From NCBI GenBank assembly GCA_009773155.1, contig WOVA01000002.1, positions 6,889 through 70,888 on the forward strand: a DNA stretch of 64,000 nucleotides, read 5' to 3'. The notes under the pieces were generated by a model. It saw only the letters and a list, made by a program, of their open reading frames with translations, ran no database searches and was not told the DNA's origin. Source of the stretch: Elusimicrobiota bacterium (GTDB lineage Bacteria > Elusimicrobiota > Elusimicrobia > Elusimicrobiales > UBA9959). A program made the translations under genes and the position numbers. Below are positions 36,262-45,324 of this stretch, one piece after another; position 1 is the first letter of the stretch; each line of letters starts with the position of its first letter.

Positions 36262-37520
36262 CGGGAGGCCCCCATGCGGCAGGTGTTGCCGGCGGCGTGG
36301 GCGTCGAATTCGTCGCGGAACTTGGCTATAAAACTGATGACGGGCATGGCCAGGGCGTCGGCCAGCGGGCAGATGGTGCGGCCCATCATGTTGTTGGCGA
36401 TGGACAGGAGCAGGTCGGCGTCGCCGGGTTTTGCCCCGCCTTCCTCGAAGCGGCGCAGGACTGTTTCCGTCCAGCCGGCTCCTTCGCGGCAGGGCGTGCA
36501 CTGGCCGCAGGATTCATGATGGTAGAATTTTGCCAGTACCAGCAGGGCGTCCACCATGCAGGTGCCTTCGGCTATGACTATTATCCCCCCCGAGCCCAGC
36601 ATGGAGCCGGCGGCGGCCAGCGATTCGTAGTCGAGTTTAGCGTTCAGCGCCTCTTCGGCGGTAAGCACCGGGGTGGACGAGCCGCCGGGTATGACGGCCT
36701 TAAGCTTCTTGCCGTCGGCCATGCCGCCGGCGTAGTCTTCCAGGAAGGTCTTAAAGGGGATGCCCAGGTCGGCTTCGTAGACGCCGGGCTTCTTCACCGG
36801 GCCGCTTATCGAGAAGAGCTTGGTGCCGGTGCTCTTGCCCGCGCCTATGCCGGCGTACCAGGCCCCTCCCCTCTCTATAATGGCGGGCACGGCGGCCAGC
36901 GTCTCGACATTGTTGATGACCGTCGGGCAGGCGAAGAGGCCTTCGACGGCGGGGTAGGGCGGCTTGAGGCGCGGCTGGCCGCGGCGGCCCTCGATGGATT
37001 CGAGCAGGGCGGTCTCTTCGCCGCAGATATAGGCGCCGGCGCCCTTGTGCACGTGCAGGTCGAAGCCGAAAGCGGACCCGAAGAGTTTGTCGCCGAGGAA
37101 GCCGGAAACTTTCGCCTCGCCTATGCATTTCTCCAGCAGCGCGGCCTCGCGGGCGAATTCGCCGCGGATGTAGATATAGCCCGTCCGCGCGCCGATGGCC
37201 CGGCCGGCTATGGCCATGCCCTCGATGAGGAGATAGGGGTTCATGCGTATCAGCTCGCGGTCCTTGAAGGTGCCGGGCTCGCCCTCGTCGGCGTTGCAGA
37301 CCACGTAGCGTTCTTTGGGGCTGTCCTTGGGGATGAACGACCATTTCAGCCCGGCGGGGAAGCCGGCGCCGCCGCGGCCGCGCAGGCCGGACTTCTTTAC
37401 CTCGTCGATGATGGCGGCCGGTTCCATGCGGGTGGCCTTCTCCAGCGCGGTCCAGCCGCCGGAGGCCTTGTAGCCGTCCAGCGACACCACTTTGTGCTTG
37501 AGCAGTATCTGTTCGCCCAT
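36258..37520 (-). CDS. nuoF: NADH-quinone oxidoreductase subunit F
   Basis: 420 aa. GRGGAGFPAGLKW, CNADEGEPGTFKDR, ESCGQCTPCREG. Confidence 0.9.
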   Translation of the reverse strand: MGEQILLKHKVVSLDGYKASGGWTALEKATRMEPAAIIDEVKKSGLRGRGGAGFPAGLKWSFIPKDSPKERYVVCNADEGEPGTFKDRELIRMNPYLLIEGMAIAGRAIGARTGYIYIRGEFAREAALLEKCIGEAKVSGFLGDKLFGSAFGFDLHVHKGAGAYICGEETALLESIEGRRGQPRLKPPYPAVEGLFACPTVINNVETLAAVPAIIERGGAWYAGIGAGKSTGTKLFSISGPVKKPGVYEADLGIPFKTFLEDYAGGMADGKKLKAVIPGGSSTPVLTAEEALNAKLDYESLAAAGSMLGSGGIIVIAEGTCMVDALLVLAKFYHHESCGQCTPCREGAGWTETVLRRFEEGGAKPGDADLLLSIANNMMGRTICPLADALAMPVISFIAKFRDEFDAHAAGNTCRMGASR

Positions 37521-37523
37521 TAT

Positions 37524-38021
37524 TTATTTATGCGCCTTCGCCGCCGCCCGCAGGTCGGAGATGAGCTTATCGAGTTTCTCCACCGTCAGGCTCTCGTGGT
37601 AATCGTCGTTGACCATCATGACCGGGGCGGTGCCGCAGGCGCCCAGGCATTCGGCGGTGATAAGAGTGAAAACCCCGTCATGGGTGGTGCCGCCTTCCTC
37701 TATGCCGAGGCGGCCCTTGAGATATTCCAGCAGCTTCACCGAGCCGGCCAGGTGGCAGGAGAGGTTGCGGCAGACCTGCAGCAGGTATTTTCCTCCGGGC
37801 TCGCGGCGGAACATGGTGTAGAAAGTCAGTACTCCTTTCACTCTGGCGTAGGAGACGCCCAGCAGGCCGGCCAGCGCCTGCGCCGCCTCGTCGGGGAAAT
37901 GGCCCAGTTCGCGCTGCACTTCCTGCATCAGCGGTATCAGGGCGGCTTCGGCCCGGGGATACCTGGCCACGGTGGGCGCGACCTTGCGGTTGAATTCCTC
38001 GGAGAACTTGAACTTCTTCAT
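37524..38021 (-). CDS. nuoE: NADH-quinone oxidoreductase subunit E
   Basis: 165 aa. Thioredoxin-like 2Fe-2S motifs VCRNLSCHLAG and ECLGACGTAPVMMVND. Confidence 0.9.
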   Translation of the reverse strand: MKKFKFSEEFNRKVAPTVARYPRAEAALIPLMQEVQRELGHFPDEAAQALAGLLGVSYARVKGVLTFYTMFRREPGGKYLLQVCRNLSCHLAGSVKLLEYLKGRLGIEEGGTTHDGVFTLITAECLGACGTAPVMMVNDDYHESLTVEKLDKLISDLRAAAKAHK

Positions 38022-39241
38022 CGTTCCAGCTCCCCGCCTATCATGTTGATCTGGCCGAAGGAGGCTATGATGTCGGCGATATAGCCGCCCTTGATGAGGC
38101 GGCCCAGGCCCGCGGTCAGCGTGAAGCAGGGCGGGCGCACGCGCAGGCGCCAGGGCCGGCCCGTGCCGTCGGAGACCAGGTAGAAGCCCAGCTCGCCGTT
38201 GCCGCCTTCGACGGCCTGGTAGACCTCGCCGGCCGGGGGCTTTACGCCCTCGTAGGTCAGCTTGAAATGGGCCATCAGCGCCTCGATATTGCCGTACACT
38301 TCTTCCTTGGGCGGCAGCGTGACGCCGTAGCCGGGATGGTTGACCGGGCCGGCCGGGATCTGTTTCAGGGCCTGCTCCACTATTCGCATGCTCTGGCGCA
38401 TCTCTTCCAGCCGGACCAGGTAGCGGTCGTAATTGTCGCCGGCGTCGCCGACGGGTATGTCGAAGCTGAAGCGGTCATAGACCAGGTAGGGGCTGGCCTT
38501 GCGCACGTCGTAGGGCACGCCCGAGGCGCGCAGCACGGGGCCGGTGAAGGCCAGCGAGACGGCGTCCTCTCTGGATATTTTCCCGGTGCCGCGCAGGCGG
38601 CCGTTGAAGATGGGATTGCGGGTGAGCAGCCGGTCGGCGTCGGCTATATTGGCGCGCACTTTTTTAAAGACCGCGGCGGTGTCTGCGGCGAAGGTGTCCG
38701 GCAGGTCCCGGGTTATCCCCCCGACGCGGGACCAGGCCGGGGTGATGCGGCCGCCGGCGACGGCGTCGGTGAGGCGGTAGAGGTCTTCGCGGGCGTTGAT
38801 CAGGTAGAAATAGACGGTGAAGGCGCCCAACTCCATGGCGCTGGCGCCCAGGCAGGTGAGATGGTCGGTCAGGCGCGAGAGTTCGCTCATGATGACGCGG
38901 GCGTACTTGCAGCGCTCGGGCGTCTCTATGCCCATGAGTTTCTCGACGGCCAGGGCGTAGCCGACATTGTTGATGAACGGCGAGACGTAATTGAGGCGGT
39001 CGGTGTAGGGGATGACCTGGTTGTAAGTGACGTTCTCGCAGGTCTTCTCGAAGCCGCGGTGCAGGTAGCCTATCTCGACGTCGGCGTCCTTTATCCGCTC
39101 CCCCTCGACGCTGAGCAGTATGCGCACTATGCCGTGCATGGCCGGGTGCGACGGACCCATGTTGAGCAGCAGGCGGCCGTCGCCCGCGTTCTCGAGGCTC
39201 CAGTTCTTGGGAAGTTCGTGCGCCGGTCTTTCCATTGGCAT
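38018..39241 (-). CDS. nuoD: NADH-quinone oxidoreductase subunit D
   Basis: Start MPMERPAHEL (alternative ATG at 39235). NMGPSHPAMHG, EIGYLHRGFEK. The C-terminus reads FGQINMIGGELER. Confidence 0.9.
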   Translation of the reverse strand: MPMERPAHELPKNWSLENAGDGRLLLNMGPSHPAMHGIVRILLSVEGERIKDADVEIGYLHRGFEKTCENVTYNQVIPYTDRLNYVSPFINNVGYALAVEKLMGIETPERCKYARVIMSELSRLTDHLTCLGASAMELGAFTVYFYLINAREDLYRLTDAVAGGRITPAWSRVGGITRDLPDTFAADTAAVFKKVRANIADADRLLTRNPIFNGRLRGTGKISREDAVSLAFTGPVLRASGVPYDVRKASPYLVYDRFSFDIPVGDAGDNYDRYLVRLEEMRQSMRIVEQALKQIPAGPVNHPGYGVTLPPKEEVYGNIEALMAHFKLTYEGVKPPAGEVYQAVEGGNGELGFYLVSDGTGRPWRLRVRPPCFTLTAGLGRLIKGGYIADIIASFGQINMIGGELER

Positions 39242-39289
39242 CAATTGATAACTGTTCGGGAATCCCTGCGGTTCACCACGCGGCGCGTC

Positions 39290-39489
39290 GGCTTGCCGAA
39301 CGGACTTGCGCTCGTCACGGTCCGGTTTTTCCGGGCCCACTCTTCGCTCACTCGGCCGGGCACGAACTCGGCCCGCGCGCATAGCGCACAGGGCCTCAGA
39401 CAGTCATGCCTGTCCGGCAGTGCCGGTTCCCTCGTTCGCTCGAGGAAAAACCTCCGCATGTGACTCGCCGCAAGTCCGTTCGGCAAGCC
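39290..39489 (-). repeat. structured intergenic element, copy 2 (200 nt, closed by 21-bp stem GGCTTGCCGAACGGACTTGCG / CGCAAGTCCGTTCGGCAAGCC)
   Basis: The reverse complement aligns with 22851-23040 over the ~165-nt core. It lies in the 279-nt nuoC-nuoD gap and reads in the same sense as nuo transcription. Confidence 0.85.
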
Positions 39490-39520
39490 TTCCTTTAGCG
39501 GGATGCCCGCTGTCCCTTTA

Positions 39521-39997
39521 TTAATCCGCATGGTCTATCCTCGGCTGGCGGGCTTTGAGCGGGTAGTCCTTGCGCAGGGGGTGCCCCTCGAAGGAGTCGT
39601 ACATGAGCAGGCGGCGGAGGTCGGGATGTCCCTTGAAATCTACGCCGTACATATCCCAGGCCTCGCGCTCGAACCAGTCGGCCGAGAGCCAGAGTCCGGT
39701 CAGCGAATCTAGCTCCGGCCTGGCGCCGGGCAGGCGGGCCTTGAGGCGCAGGCGGGCGTTGGTCTTCGAGTTGTAGAGATGGCAGACGACCTCGAAACGG
39801 GGCTCGCGCGGCAGGTAGTCGGCGCCGCAGAGGTCCATGAGGAAGTCGAAGCCCAGTTCATCCTTCAGGAATGCGGCGGCCTCCAGCCAGGCTTCAGGCG
39901 CTATGACGGCGGTGTCGTCGCCGCGGAAAGCGTGCGTCTCTGCGACCTTGCCGCCGAGCTTCGCCTTCAGCGTCTCTAAAATATTCTCAACGGGCAT
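39521..39997 (-). CDS. nuoC: NADH-quinone oxidoreductase subunit C
   Basis: Start MPVENILETLK (track ORF reaches 40021). ADWFEREAWDMYGVDFKGHPDLRRLL motif. Confidence 0.85.
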   Translation of the reverse strand: MPVENILETLKAKLGGKVAETHAFRGDDTAVIAPEAWLEAAAFLKDELGFDFLMDLCGADYLPREPRFEVVCHLYNSKTNARLRLKARLPGARPELDSLTGLWLSADWFEREAWDMYGVDFKGHPDLRRLLMYDSFEGHPLRKDYPLKARQPRIDHAD

Positions 39998-40475
39998 GTT
40001 TTTTATCCAGCACGGATTCACGGGAGACTTTTTCCTGCAGCCTGATCAGCGCGTCGAGTACGGCCTCGGGGCGCGGCGGGCAGCCCGGGATGTAGATATC
40101 GACCGGGATTATCTTGTCTATGCCCTGCACGGTGGCGTAATTGTCGTAGAAGCCGCCGGAGGTGGCGCAGACGCCGAAAGAGACTACCCACTTGGGCTCG
40201 CACATCTGGTCGTAGACGCGTTTAAGAACCGGGGCCAGCTTCTCGTTGACCGTTCCTACGACGAAGAGCACGTCGGCCTGGCGCGGCGAGAACCGCGGGT
40301 ACTCGGCGCCGAAGCGGGCTATGTCGTAGGTGGAGGCCCAGGCGCTCATGAACTCCATGCCGCAGCAGGCGGTGACGAAAGGGTACTGGAAGAAGGAATA
40401 CTTGCGCCCCCAGTTTATCGCCTCGTCGAGGCGGGTGGTGAGGAACGAATTGCCGAAGAGCGTTTCTAGTCCCAT
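39987..40475 (-). CDS. nuoB: NADH-quinone oxidoreductase subunit B
   Basis: Start MGLETLFGNS. ACCGMEF, SFGVCATSGG and IPGCPPRPE iron-sulfur ligand motifs. The upstream part of track ORF overlaps nuoA. Confidence 0.9.
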   Translation of the reverse strand: MGLETLFGNSFLTTRLDEAINWGRKYSFFQYPFVTACCGMEFMSAWASTYDIARFGAEYPRFSPRQADVLFVVGTVNEKLAPVLKRVYDQMCEPKWVVSFGVCATSGGFYDNYATVQGIDKIIPVDIYIPGCPPRPEAVLDALIRLQEKVSRESVLDKKHAR

Positions 40476-40819
40476 TCGAGCGCGCCCCTCCTTATGGCGT
40501 AGGCCAGGCCGGCGCCCAGCACCAGGATGAAAGCGGCCATGGCGGCCAGCGCGCCTGGGCCGAGCTGGCGGAAAGAGACGGCCCAGGGGTAGAGGAAGAC
40601 TATCTCTATGTCGAACATGACGAAGAGGATGGCTACGAGGTAGAAATTGACCGGGATGGCCGTGGCGGACTTCTGGGCCGCCGGCATGCCGCATTCGAAG
40701 GGCTGGTCCTTGACGGCGCCGCGGCTGCGCGGGCCCAGGAGTATGGCGAGTATCGTCATCCCCCCCGCTACCGCCAGGCCGAAGCCGGCCACTATCAGCG
40801 TTGCCGCGTAATTATCCAT
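40466..40819 (-). CDS. nuoA: NADH-quinone oxidoreductase subunit A
   Basis: 117 aa with 3 TM helices. PFECGMP...FVMFDIEIVFLYPWA. Confidence 0.9.
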   Translation of the reverse strand: MDNYAATLIVAGFGLAVAGGMTILAILLGPRSRGAVKDQPFECGMPAAQKSATAIPVNFYLVAILFVMFDIEIVFLYPWAVSFRQLGPGALAAMAAFILVLGAGLAYAIRRGALEWD

Positions 40820-40877
40820 AGAGATATCCTAATTTTATCAAAATAAGCGCGTTTTTAGACGGTTGCCCGAAATGTTG

Positions 40878-40883
40878 TAGAAT
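40878..40883 (+). promoter_or_regulatory. candidate -10 box (TAGAAT) 7 nt upstream of ATG 40891 (leaderless arrangement)
   Basis: GTTGTAGAATCGCTGGTATG. No SD is possible in the 7-nt spacer. The same TTGTAGAAT / TGTTAGAAT motif recurs at 60386 and 62620. Confidence 0.35.
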
Positions 40884-40890
40884 CGCTGGT

Positions 40891-41754
40891 ATGAAAGTGC
40901 TTCTGACCGGCGGCGGCGGTTTTTTCGGCGGTGCGGTGGCCAGGCTGCTGGCCGGGCGCCATGAACTGGTCATCCCCTCGCGCTCGCCGTCCTCCCTCCC
41001 CCCCGACCTGCGCACTTACGGGACCCGGTTCATGGAGGACCTCGCCGCCGTGGTCGAGGAACACCGGCCGGAAGCCATTATCAATTTCCTGGGCATACTC
41101 AAGGAGCGCCCGGCGGAGGGCGTTACTTTCGAGCGGGTCAACCTGGATTACGCGCACAGGCTGCTGGAGGGCGCCGCGGCCGCCGGGACGCGCAGGTTCG
41201 TGCAGATCTCGGCGCTGGGGGCCGACGCTTCCTCGCGCAGCCGCTACCTGCGCACCAAGGGCCTGGCCGAGGACGCGCTGGCGGCCTCGGGGCTGGATTG
41301 GGCCGCGCTGAGGCCATCCGTGATAGTAGGGCCGGGACAGAAATTCTTCGTCGATCTGCGCGGGCTGGCCCGGTTCGCGCCCTTGCTGGCCGCGCCGTCG
41401 GACAGGCTGCTGCAGCCGGTGGCGCTGGCCGACGCGGCTGAATGCGCCGCGCGGGCGTTGGAAGGGGAGCTGAAAGGCGAGGTTTTCGAGCTCTGCGGGC
41501 CGGAGAGGATGAGCTACGCGGAGTTCTTCAGGGCTTCGCTGCGGGAGCTGGGAATCAGGCGGCTGGTGCTGGGACTGCCGCGGTCCTTCTTCGCGCCGGC
41601 GCTGCCGCTGCTGGCGCTGCTGCCGGACCCGCCGATGACGCGCGACCAGTACCGCATGACGGCGTCGGATAATGTTTTTTCGGGTAAATACAGGGGCGTC
41701 GCGGACCTGCTGGGACGCCCGGCGGTCAGGGCTTTCGGCTCCCCTCTTCGATGA
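40891..41754 (+). CDS. NAD(P)-binding atypical SDR, complex I NDUFA9-like family
   Basis: 287 aa. MKVLLTGGGGFFGGAVARLL Rossmann motif. NmrA/NDUFA9-like length and layout. Divergent from nuoA. Confidence 0.65.
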   Translation: MKVLLTGGGGFFGGAVARLLAGRHELVIPSRSPSSLPPDLRTYGTRFMEDLAAVVEEHRPEAIINFLGILKERPAEGVTFERVNLDYAHRLLEGAAAAGTRRFVQISALGADASSRSRYLRTKGLAEDALAASGLDWAALRPSVIVGPGQKFFVDLRGLARFAPLLAAPSDRLLQPVALADAAECAARALEGELKGEVFELCGPERMSYAEFFRASLRELGIRRLVLGLPRSFFAPALPLLALLPDPPMTRDQYRMTASDNVFSGKYRGVADLLGRPAVRAFGSPLR

Positions 41755-42349
41755 GTTCGGTCCTGAAGACGACTTCCCCCGACTGCTGCGCTTTGTATTC
41801 TTCCAGGAATTTCCCCCACTTGAAGCCGTCGGCCTCCCTGCGGGTCAGTACCGCCCTTTTTCCGCCTACCATCGTGCGGTAAGTCTTGAGAACGTAGTGA
41901 TATTTTTTCCCGCCGGCCTCGAATTCGCCCGGCTCTTCCTTGCGCAGCCGGGGCAGGCCCTGCGGATTGAAGAGGGTCCCCTCCCTGAGGCGGAAGAGTT
42001 CCATGTTGTCCGGGTTCGGTATCTCCTTCCAGTTTTTTCCGTCGGGCAGCTCCAGGCGTGAGGCGAGATTATGGGACAGGTCGTAGGGCCGCGGGGCGAT
42101 ATGTTCGCGCCAGGTCCGCTTCTGTCCGCCGCTCTCCCATTCGTTGAGGAAAATTATGTCGCCGCCGGGCGGGGCGGCCACGACGGAGCGCCTGAGCGTG
42201 ACGGGGTCTTTGCGGTAGGAGCCGGAGTAGCGGTGGACGGCGTAGTCGCCGGGGGCGAAGGAGGGCGCTTCTCCCCCTCCGGAGCAGGCGCAGAGGAAGA
42301 GCAGCAGCGCCGGCAGCGCCCGGTTAGATCTCGTCCTTGCCGGGCTCAT
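41726..42349 (-). CDS. hypothetical lipoprotein
   Basis: 207 aa. The signal/lipobox reads ALPALLLFLCAC-SGG. No family recognised. Confidence 0.55.
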   Translation of the reverse strand: MSPARTRSNRALPALLLFLCACSGGGEAPSFAPGDYAVHRYSGSYRKDPVTLRRSVVAAPPGGDIIFLNEWESGGQKRTWREHIAPRPYDLSHNLASRLELPDGKNWKEIPNPDNMELFRLREGTLFNPQGLPRLRKEEPGEFEAGGKKYHYVLKTYRTMVGGKRAVLTRREADGFKWGKFLEEYKAQQSGEVVFRTELIEEGSRKP

Positions 42350-43010
42350 TGTGCTCCAGGTAATCGAGGGCGTTGCGGGCCGCGGCCTGCTGCGCCTCTT
42401 TCTTGTTCTTGCCGGCGCCCATGCCCAGCGCCTTGCGGCCCAGCCGGACGTTGACGGTGAAGTTCTTGTCGTGCTCGGGGCCCTCGGAGCGTATGATCTC
42501 GTACTCCGGGGTGCGGTGATGCTTCTTCTGGATGAGTTCCTGCAGGCGGCTCTTGTGGTCGGCCTCGGGTTCTTCGGGCTCGGACGAGGATAGCCAGCCC
42601 AGGACCAGGCGCTCGGCTTCGGCCATGCCGCCGTCCAGGTAGACGGCCGCCAGCAGGGCCTCCAGCGAGTTGGCGAGTATGCTGGTGCGCTTCTTGCCGC
42701 CGGTCTGGGCTTCGCCCACGCCGAGCAGCAGATGCTCCCCCAGGTTTATCGAACGCGCCCAGACCGCGAGGTTCTGGCGCGAGACGAGGAATGACTTGAG
42801 TTTGGAAAGGTAGCCTTCGTCCCTGCCGGGGTGCTCCCCGTAAAGATACCGGGCGACAGCGAGGCCCAGCACGCTGTCGCCCAGGAATTCCAGTCTTTCG
42901 TTGCAGTCCGCCGAGCTTTTTTCGGCGGCGTAGGACTTGTGAGTAAGCGCCGTCCTCAGGAGATCTTTATCCCTGAAGTTGTAACCGATGACTTCCTCTA
43001 TGGGAGGCAT
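42324..43010 (-). CDS. rnc: ribonuclease III
   Basis: 228 aa. RNase III signature NERLEFLGDSVLG. C-terminal dsRBD (KSRLQELIQKKHH..PEYE...GPEHDKNFTV...GAGKNKKEAQQAAA). Confidence 0.9.
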   Translation of the reverse strand: MPPIEEVIGYNFRDKDLLRTALTHKSYAAEKSSADCNERLEFLGDSVLGLAVARYLYGEHPGRDEGYLSKLKSFLVSRQNLAVWARSINLGEHLLLGVGEAQTGGKKRTSILANSLEALLAAVYLDGGMAEAERLVLGWLSSSEPEEPEADHKSRLQELIQKKHHRTPEYEIIRSEGPEHDKNFTVNVRLGRKALGMGAGKNKKEAQQAAARNALDYLEHNEPGKDEI

Positions 43011-43029
43011 CTGCGGCGCTCCCGGGTTA

Positions 43030-43275
43030 TCAGCCCTTGGAAGCCTTCGCGTTGATATAGTTGACGGCCTCGCCCACGGTCTTGATCTTCTCGGCGTCCT
43101 CGTCGGGGATCTCTATGTCGAAGGCCTCTTCGAGGGCCATGACGAGCTCCACCGTATCGAGCGAGTCCGCGCCGAGGTCCTGGACGAACTGGGCCTGGAG
43201 CGTAACGTCGGCGGCGTCCACCGCGAGCTGCTCGACGATTATCTTCTTCACTTTCTCTTCTATGTTTTCCGCCAT
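43030..43275 (-). CDS. acpP: acyl carrier protein
   Basis: 81 aa. [18 protein letters not shown] phosphopantetheine site. Confidence 0.9.
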   Translation of the reverse strand: MAENIEEKVKKIIVEQLAVDAADVTLQAQFVQDLGADSLDTVELVMALEEAFDIEIPDEDAEKIKTVGEAVNYINAKASKG

Positions 43276-43314
43276 TTTCTCTCCTTACTGTCCGCTAATT
43301 CTTGTTCCTGAAAA

Positions 43315-44061
43315 TCAGATGTACATGCCGCCGTTGACGGCCAGCACCTGGCCGGTGACGTACGACGAGTGCGGACCCGCCAGGAACAGCGCGGCGCCGG
43401 CCACGTCGGCGGGCTTGCCGAAGCGCTCCAGCGGTATCAGGGCCGTGATGGCGGCCTTGGCCTCGTCTTTGAGCGCGTCGGTCATCCTGGTCTCTATGAA
43501 GCCGGGGGCGATGGCGTTTACCAGCACTCCCCTCGGGGCGAATTCTTTTGCCAGCGACTTGGTCAGGCCGATAAGGCCGGCCTTGGAGGCCGAGTAGTTG
43601 GCCTGCCCGGCCTGTCCGGCCTGCCCGACCACCGACGAAATATTTATTATGCGGCCTGTCCTGGCGCGCAGCATGACCCTGGCCGCCGCCTTGGACATCA
43701 GGAACGAACCCTTGAGGTTGACCGAGATGACCGCGTCAAAATCCTCTGGCTTCATGCGCAGGACCAGCCCGTCGCGCGTGATGCCGGCGTTATTTACCAA
43801 TATGTCCAGTTTGCCGAAAATTTTGACCGCCTCTTCTATCGCGGCCTCGCAGGAGGCGGGGTCGGTCACGTCCAGGCGCAGGCCCGAGGCTTTGACGCCG
43901 TGGGCGGAGGCTATGCCCGCCGCGGCCGCCGCCGCTTCGTCGGCGGCGACGTCGCCGAGCAGGACCGAGGCTCCCGCGCGGGCGAAGGCCGAGGCTATCT
44001 CCAGGCCTATGCCTCGCGCGCCGCCGGTGACCAGCGCCGAAAGTCCTTCCAGCGTCTTCAT
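43315..44061 (-). CDS. fabG: 3-oxoacyl-ACP reductase
   Basis: 248 aa. TGGARGIG, NNAG and YSASKAG SDR motifs. Neighbours are acpP and plsX. Confidence 0.85.
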   Translation of the reverse strand: MKTLEGLSALVTGGARGIGLEIASAFARAGASVLLGDVAADEAAAAAAGIASAHGVKASGLRLDVTDPASCEAAIEEAVKIFGKLDILVNNAGITRDGLVLRMKPEDFDAVISVNLKGSFLMSKAAARVMLRARTGRIINISSVVGQAGQAGQANYSASKAGLIGLTKSLAKEFAPRGVLVNAIAPGFIETRMTDALKDEAKAAITALIPLERFGKPADVAGAALFLAGPHSSYVTGQVLAVNGGMYI

Positions 44062-45101
44062 GCTTTCTGCTCTTCCTCTTCCCGCTCGGGGTGCCTCTCC
44101 ATGGAAGCTTTGACCGCGTCCATGCGCTTTGCAATCTGTTCGGCAAGGCCCGAAGCGGCCAGATCGCCGGCCAGGCGGATGGCGCTGAAGATGGCCTTGG
44201 GCGTGGACTTGCCGTGGCAGATGATGGCCACGCCGTTGACGCCCAGCAGCGGCGCGCCGCCGTACTCGTCGTCGCTGAGGCGGACCTTGAGGTCGCTGAA
44301 GAGCTTCTTCATCAGCATCGCGCCTATCTTGTAGGTGAACTTGCGGTGGATCTGGTCCTTGATGAGCTTGAAGATCATCCTGGCCAGGCCCTCGGAGAGC
44401 TTGAGGACGATATTGCCCGTGAAGCCGTCGGTGACGACGACGTCGGTGAGGCCGGCTGGCAGGTCCCTGCCCTCCACGGGGCCGTAGAAATTGAGCCCGA
44501 CGTTCTTAAGCAGCGGCAGCGTCTCCTGCACCAGGGCGTTGCCCTTGGTCTCCTCTTCTCCCACGGAGAGCAGGCCGACGGAGGGGTTGTCCTTCTTTAG
44601 CAGCACCGAGGAATAGACGGCGCCCATCATGGCGAACTGCGCCAGGTGCCAGGGTTTATTGTCGGTATTGGCGCCCGCGTCCATCAGGACGCTGACGCCC
44701 TTGTAGGTCGGGTACGGTACGGCCAGCGCGGGGCGGAGTATGCCCCTGATGCGCTTCATCTTGAGCAGTGCGGCTACCATGACCGCGCCGGAGTTGCCGG
44801 CGGAGATCATGCCGTCGGCCTTGCCGTCGCGCACCAGTTCGGCCGCGACCATCAGCGAAGAGTTGGTTTTGTTGCGGCACTCCTCGACGGGCTCGCTGGC
44901 CATGTCCACCACCTGGGGGGCGTGGACGATGGTCAGCCTGGGAGGGTTCTCCAGGCCGAGCCGGCGCAGTTCCTCGCGTATCTCGGGATCCCTGCCGACG
45001 AGGATGACGTCGTGGTCGAGGCGCTTGAGGGCCTCTATCGCGCCTTCGATGTTCGGCCGCAGGCCGAAGTCGCCGCCGTGAGCGTCGATGGCTATTCTCA
45101 T
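44058..45101 (-). CDS. plsX: phosphate acyltransferase PlsX
   Basis: 347 aa. MRIAIDAHGGD start and GNIVLK motif. It follows rpmF, the classical arrangement. Confidence 0.85.
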   Translation of the reverse strand: MRIAIDAHGGDFGLRPNIEGAIEALKRLDHDVILVGRDPEIREELRRLGLENPPRLTIVHAPQVVDMASEPVEECRNKTNSSLMVAAELVRDGKADGMISAGNSGAVMVAALLKMKRIRGILRPALAVPYPTYKGVSVLMDAGANTDNKPWHLAQFAMMGAVYSSVLLKKDNPSVGLLSVGEEETKGNALVQETLPLLKNVGLNFYGPVEGRDLPAGLTDVVVTDGFTGNIVLKLSEGLARMIFKLIKDQIHRKFTYKIGAMLMKKLFSDLKVRLSDDEYGGAPLLGVNGVAIICHGKSTPKAIFSAIRLAGDLAASGLAEQIAKRMDAVKASMERHPEREEEEQKA

Positions 45102-45110
45102 GGCGGGGGC

Positions 45111-45323
45111 TTATTTGCCCTGCTGTTCTTCGTCCTTCTTTTTTTCTTTGCGGGGGACTTCCAGCTTGCCGTTATAGGTCCCGCAGGAGGCGCAGACCCT
45201 GTGAGGCAGGCGCATGGCGCCGCACTGCGGGCAGCCGGAGAGGGACTTCAGCTCCAGCTTCCAGTTCTGCGCCCGGCGGGAATCCCTTCTGGAGGGTGTG
45301 TGTTTGCGTTTAGGATTAGGCAT
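45111..45323 (-). CDS. rpmF: 50S ribosomal protein L32
   Basis: MPNPKRKHTPSRRDSRRA with a CPQCG...CASCG zinc ribbon. Confidence 0.9.
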   Translation of the reverse strand: MPNPKRKHTPSRRDSRRAQNWKLELKSLSGCPQCGAMRLPHRVCASCGTYNGKLEVPRKEKKKDEEQQGK

Positions 45324-45324
45324 C

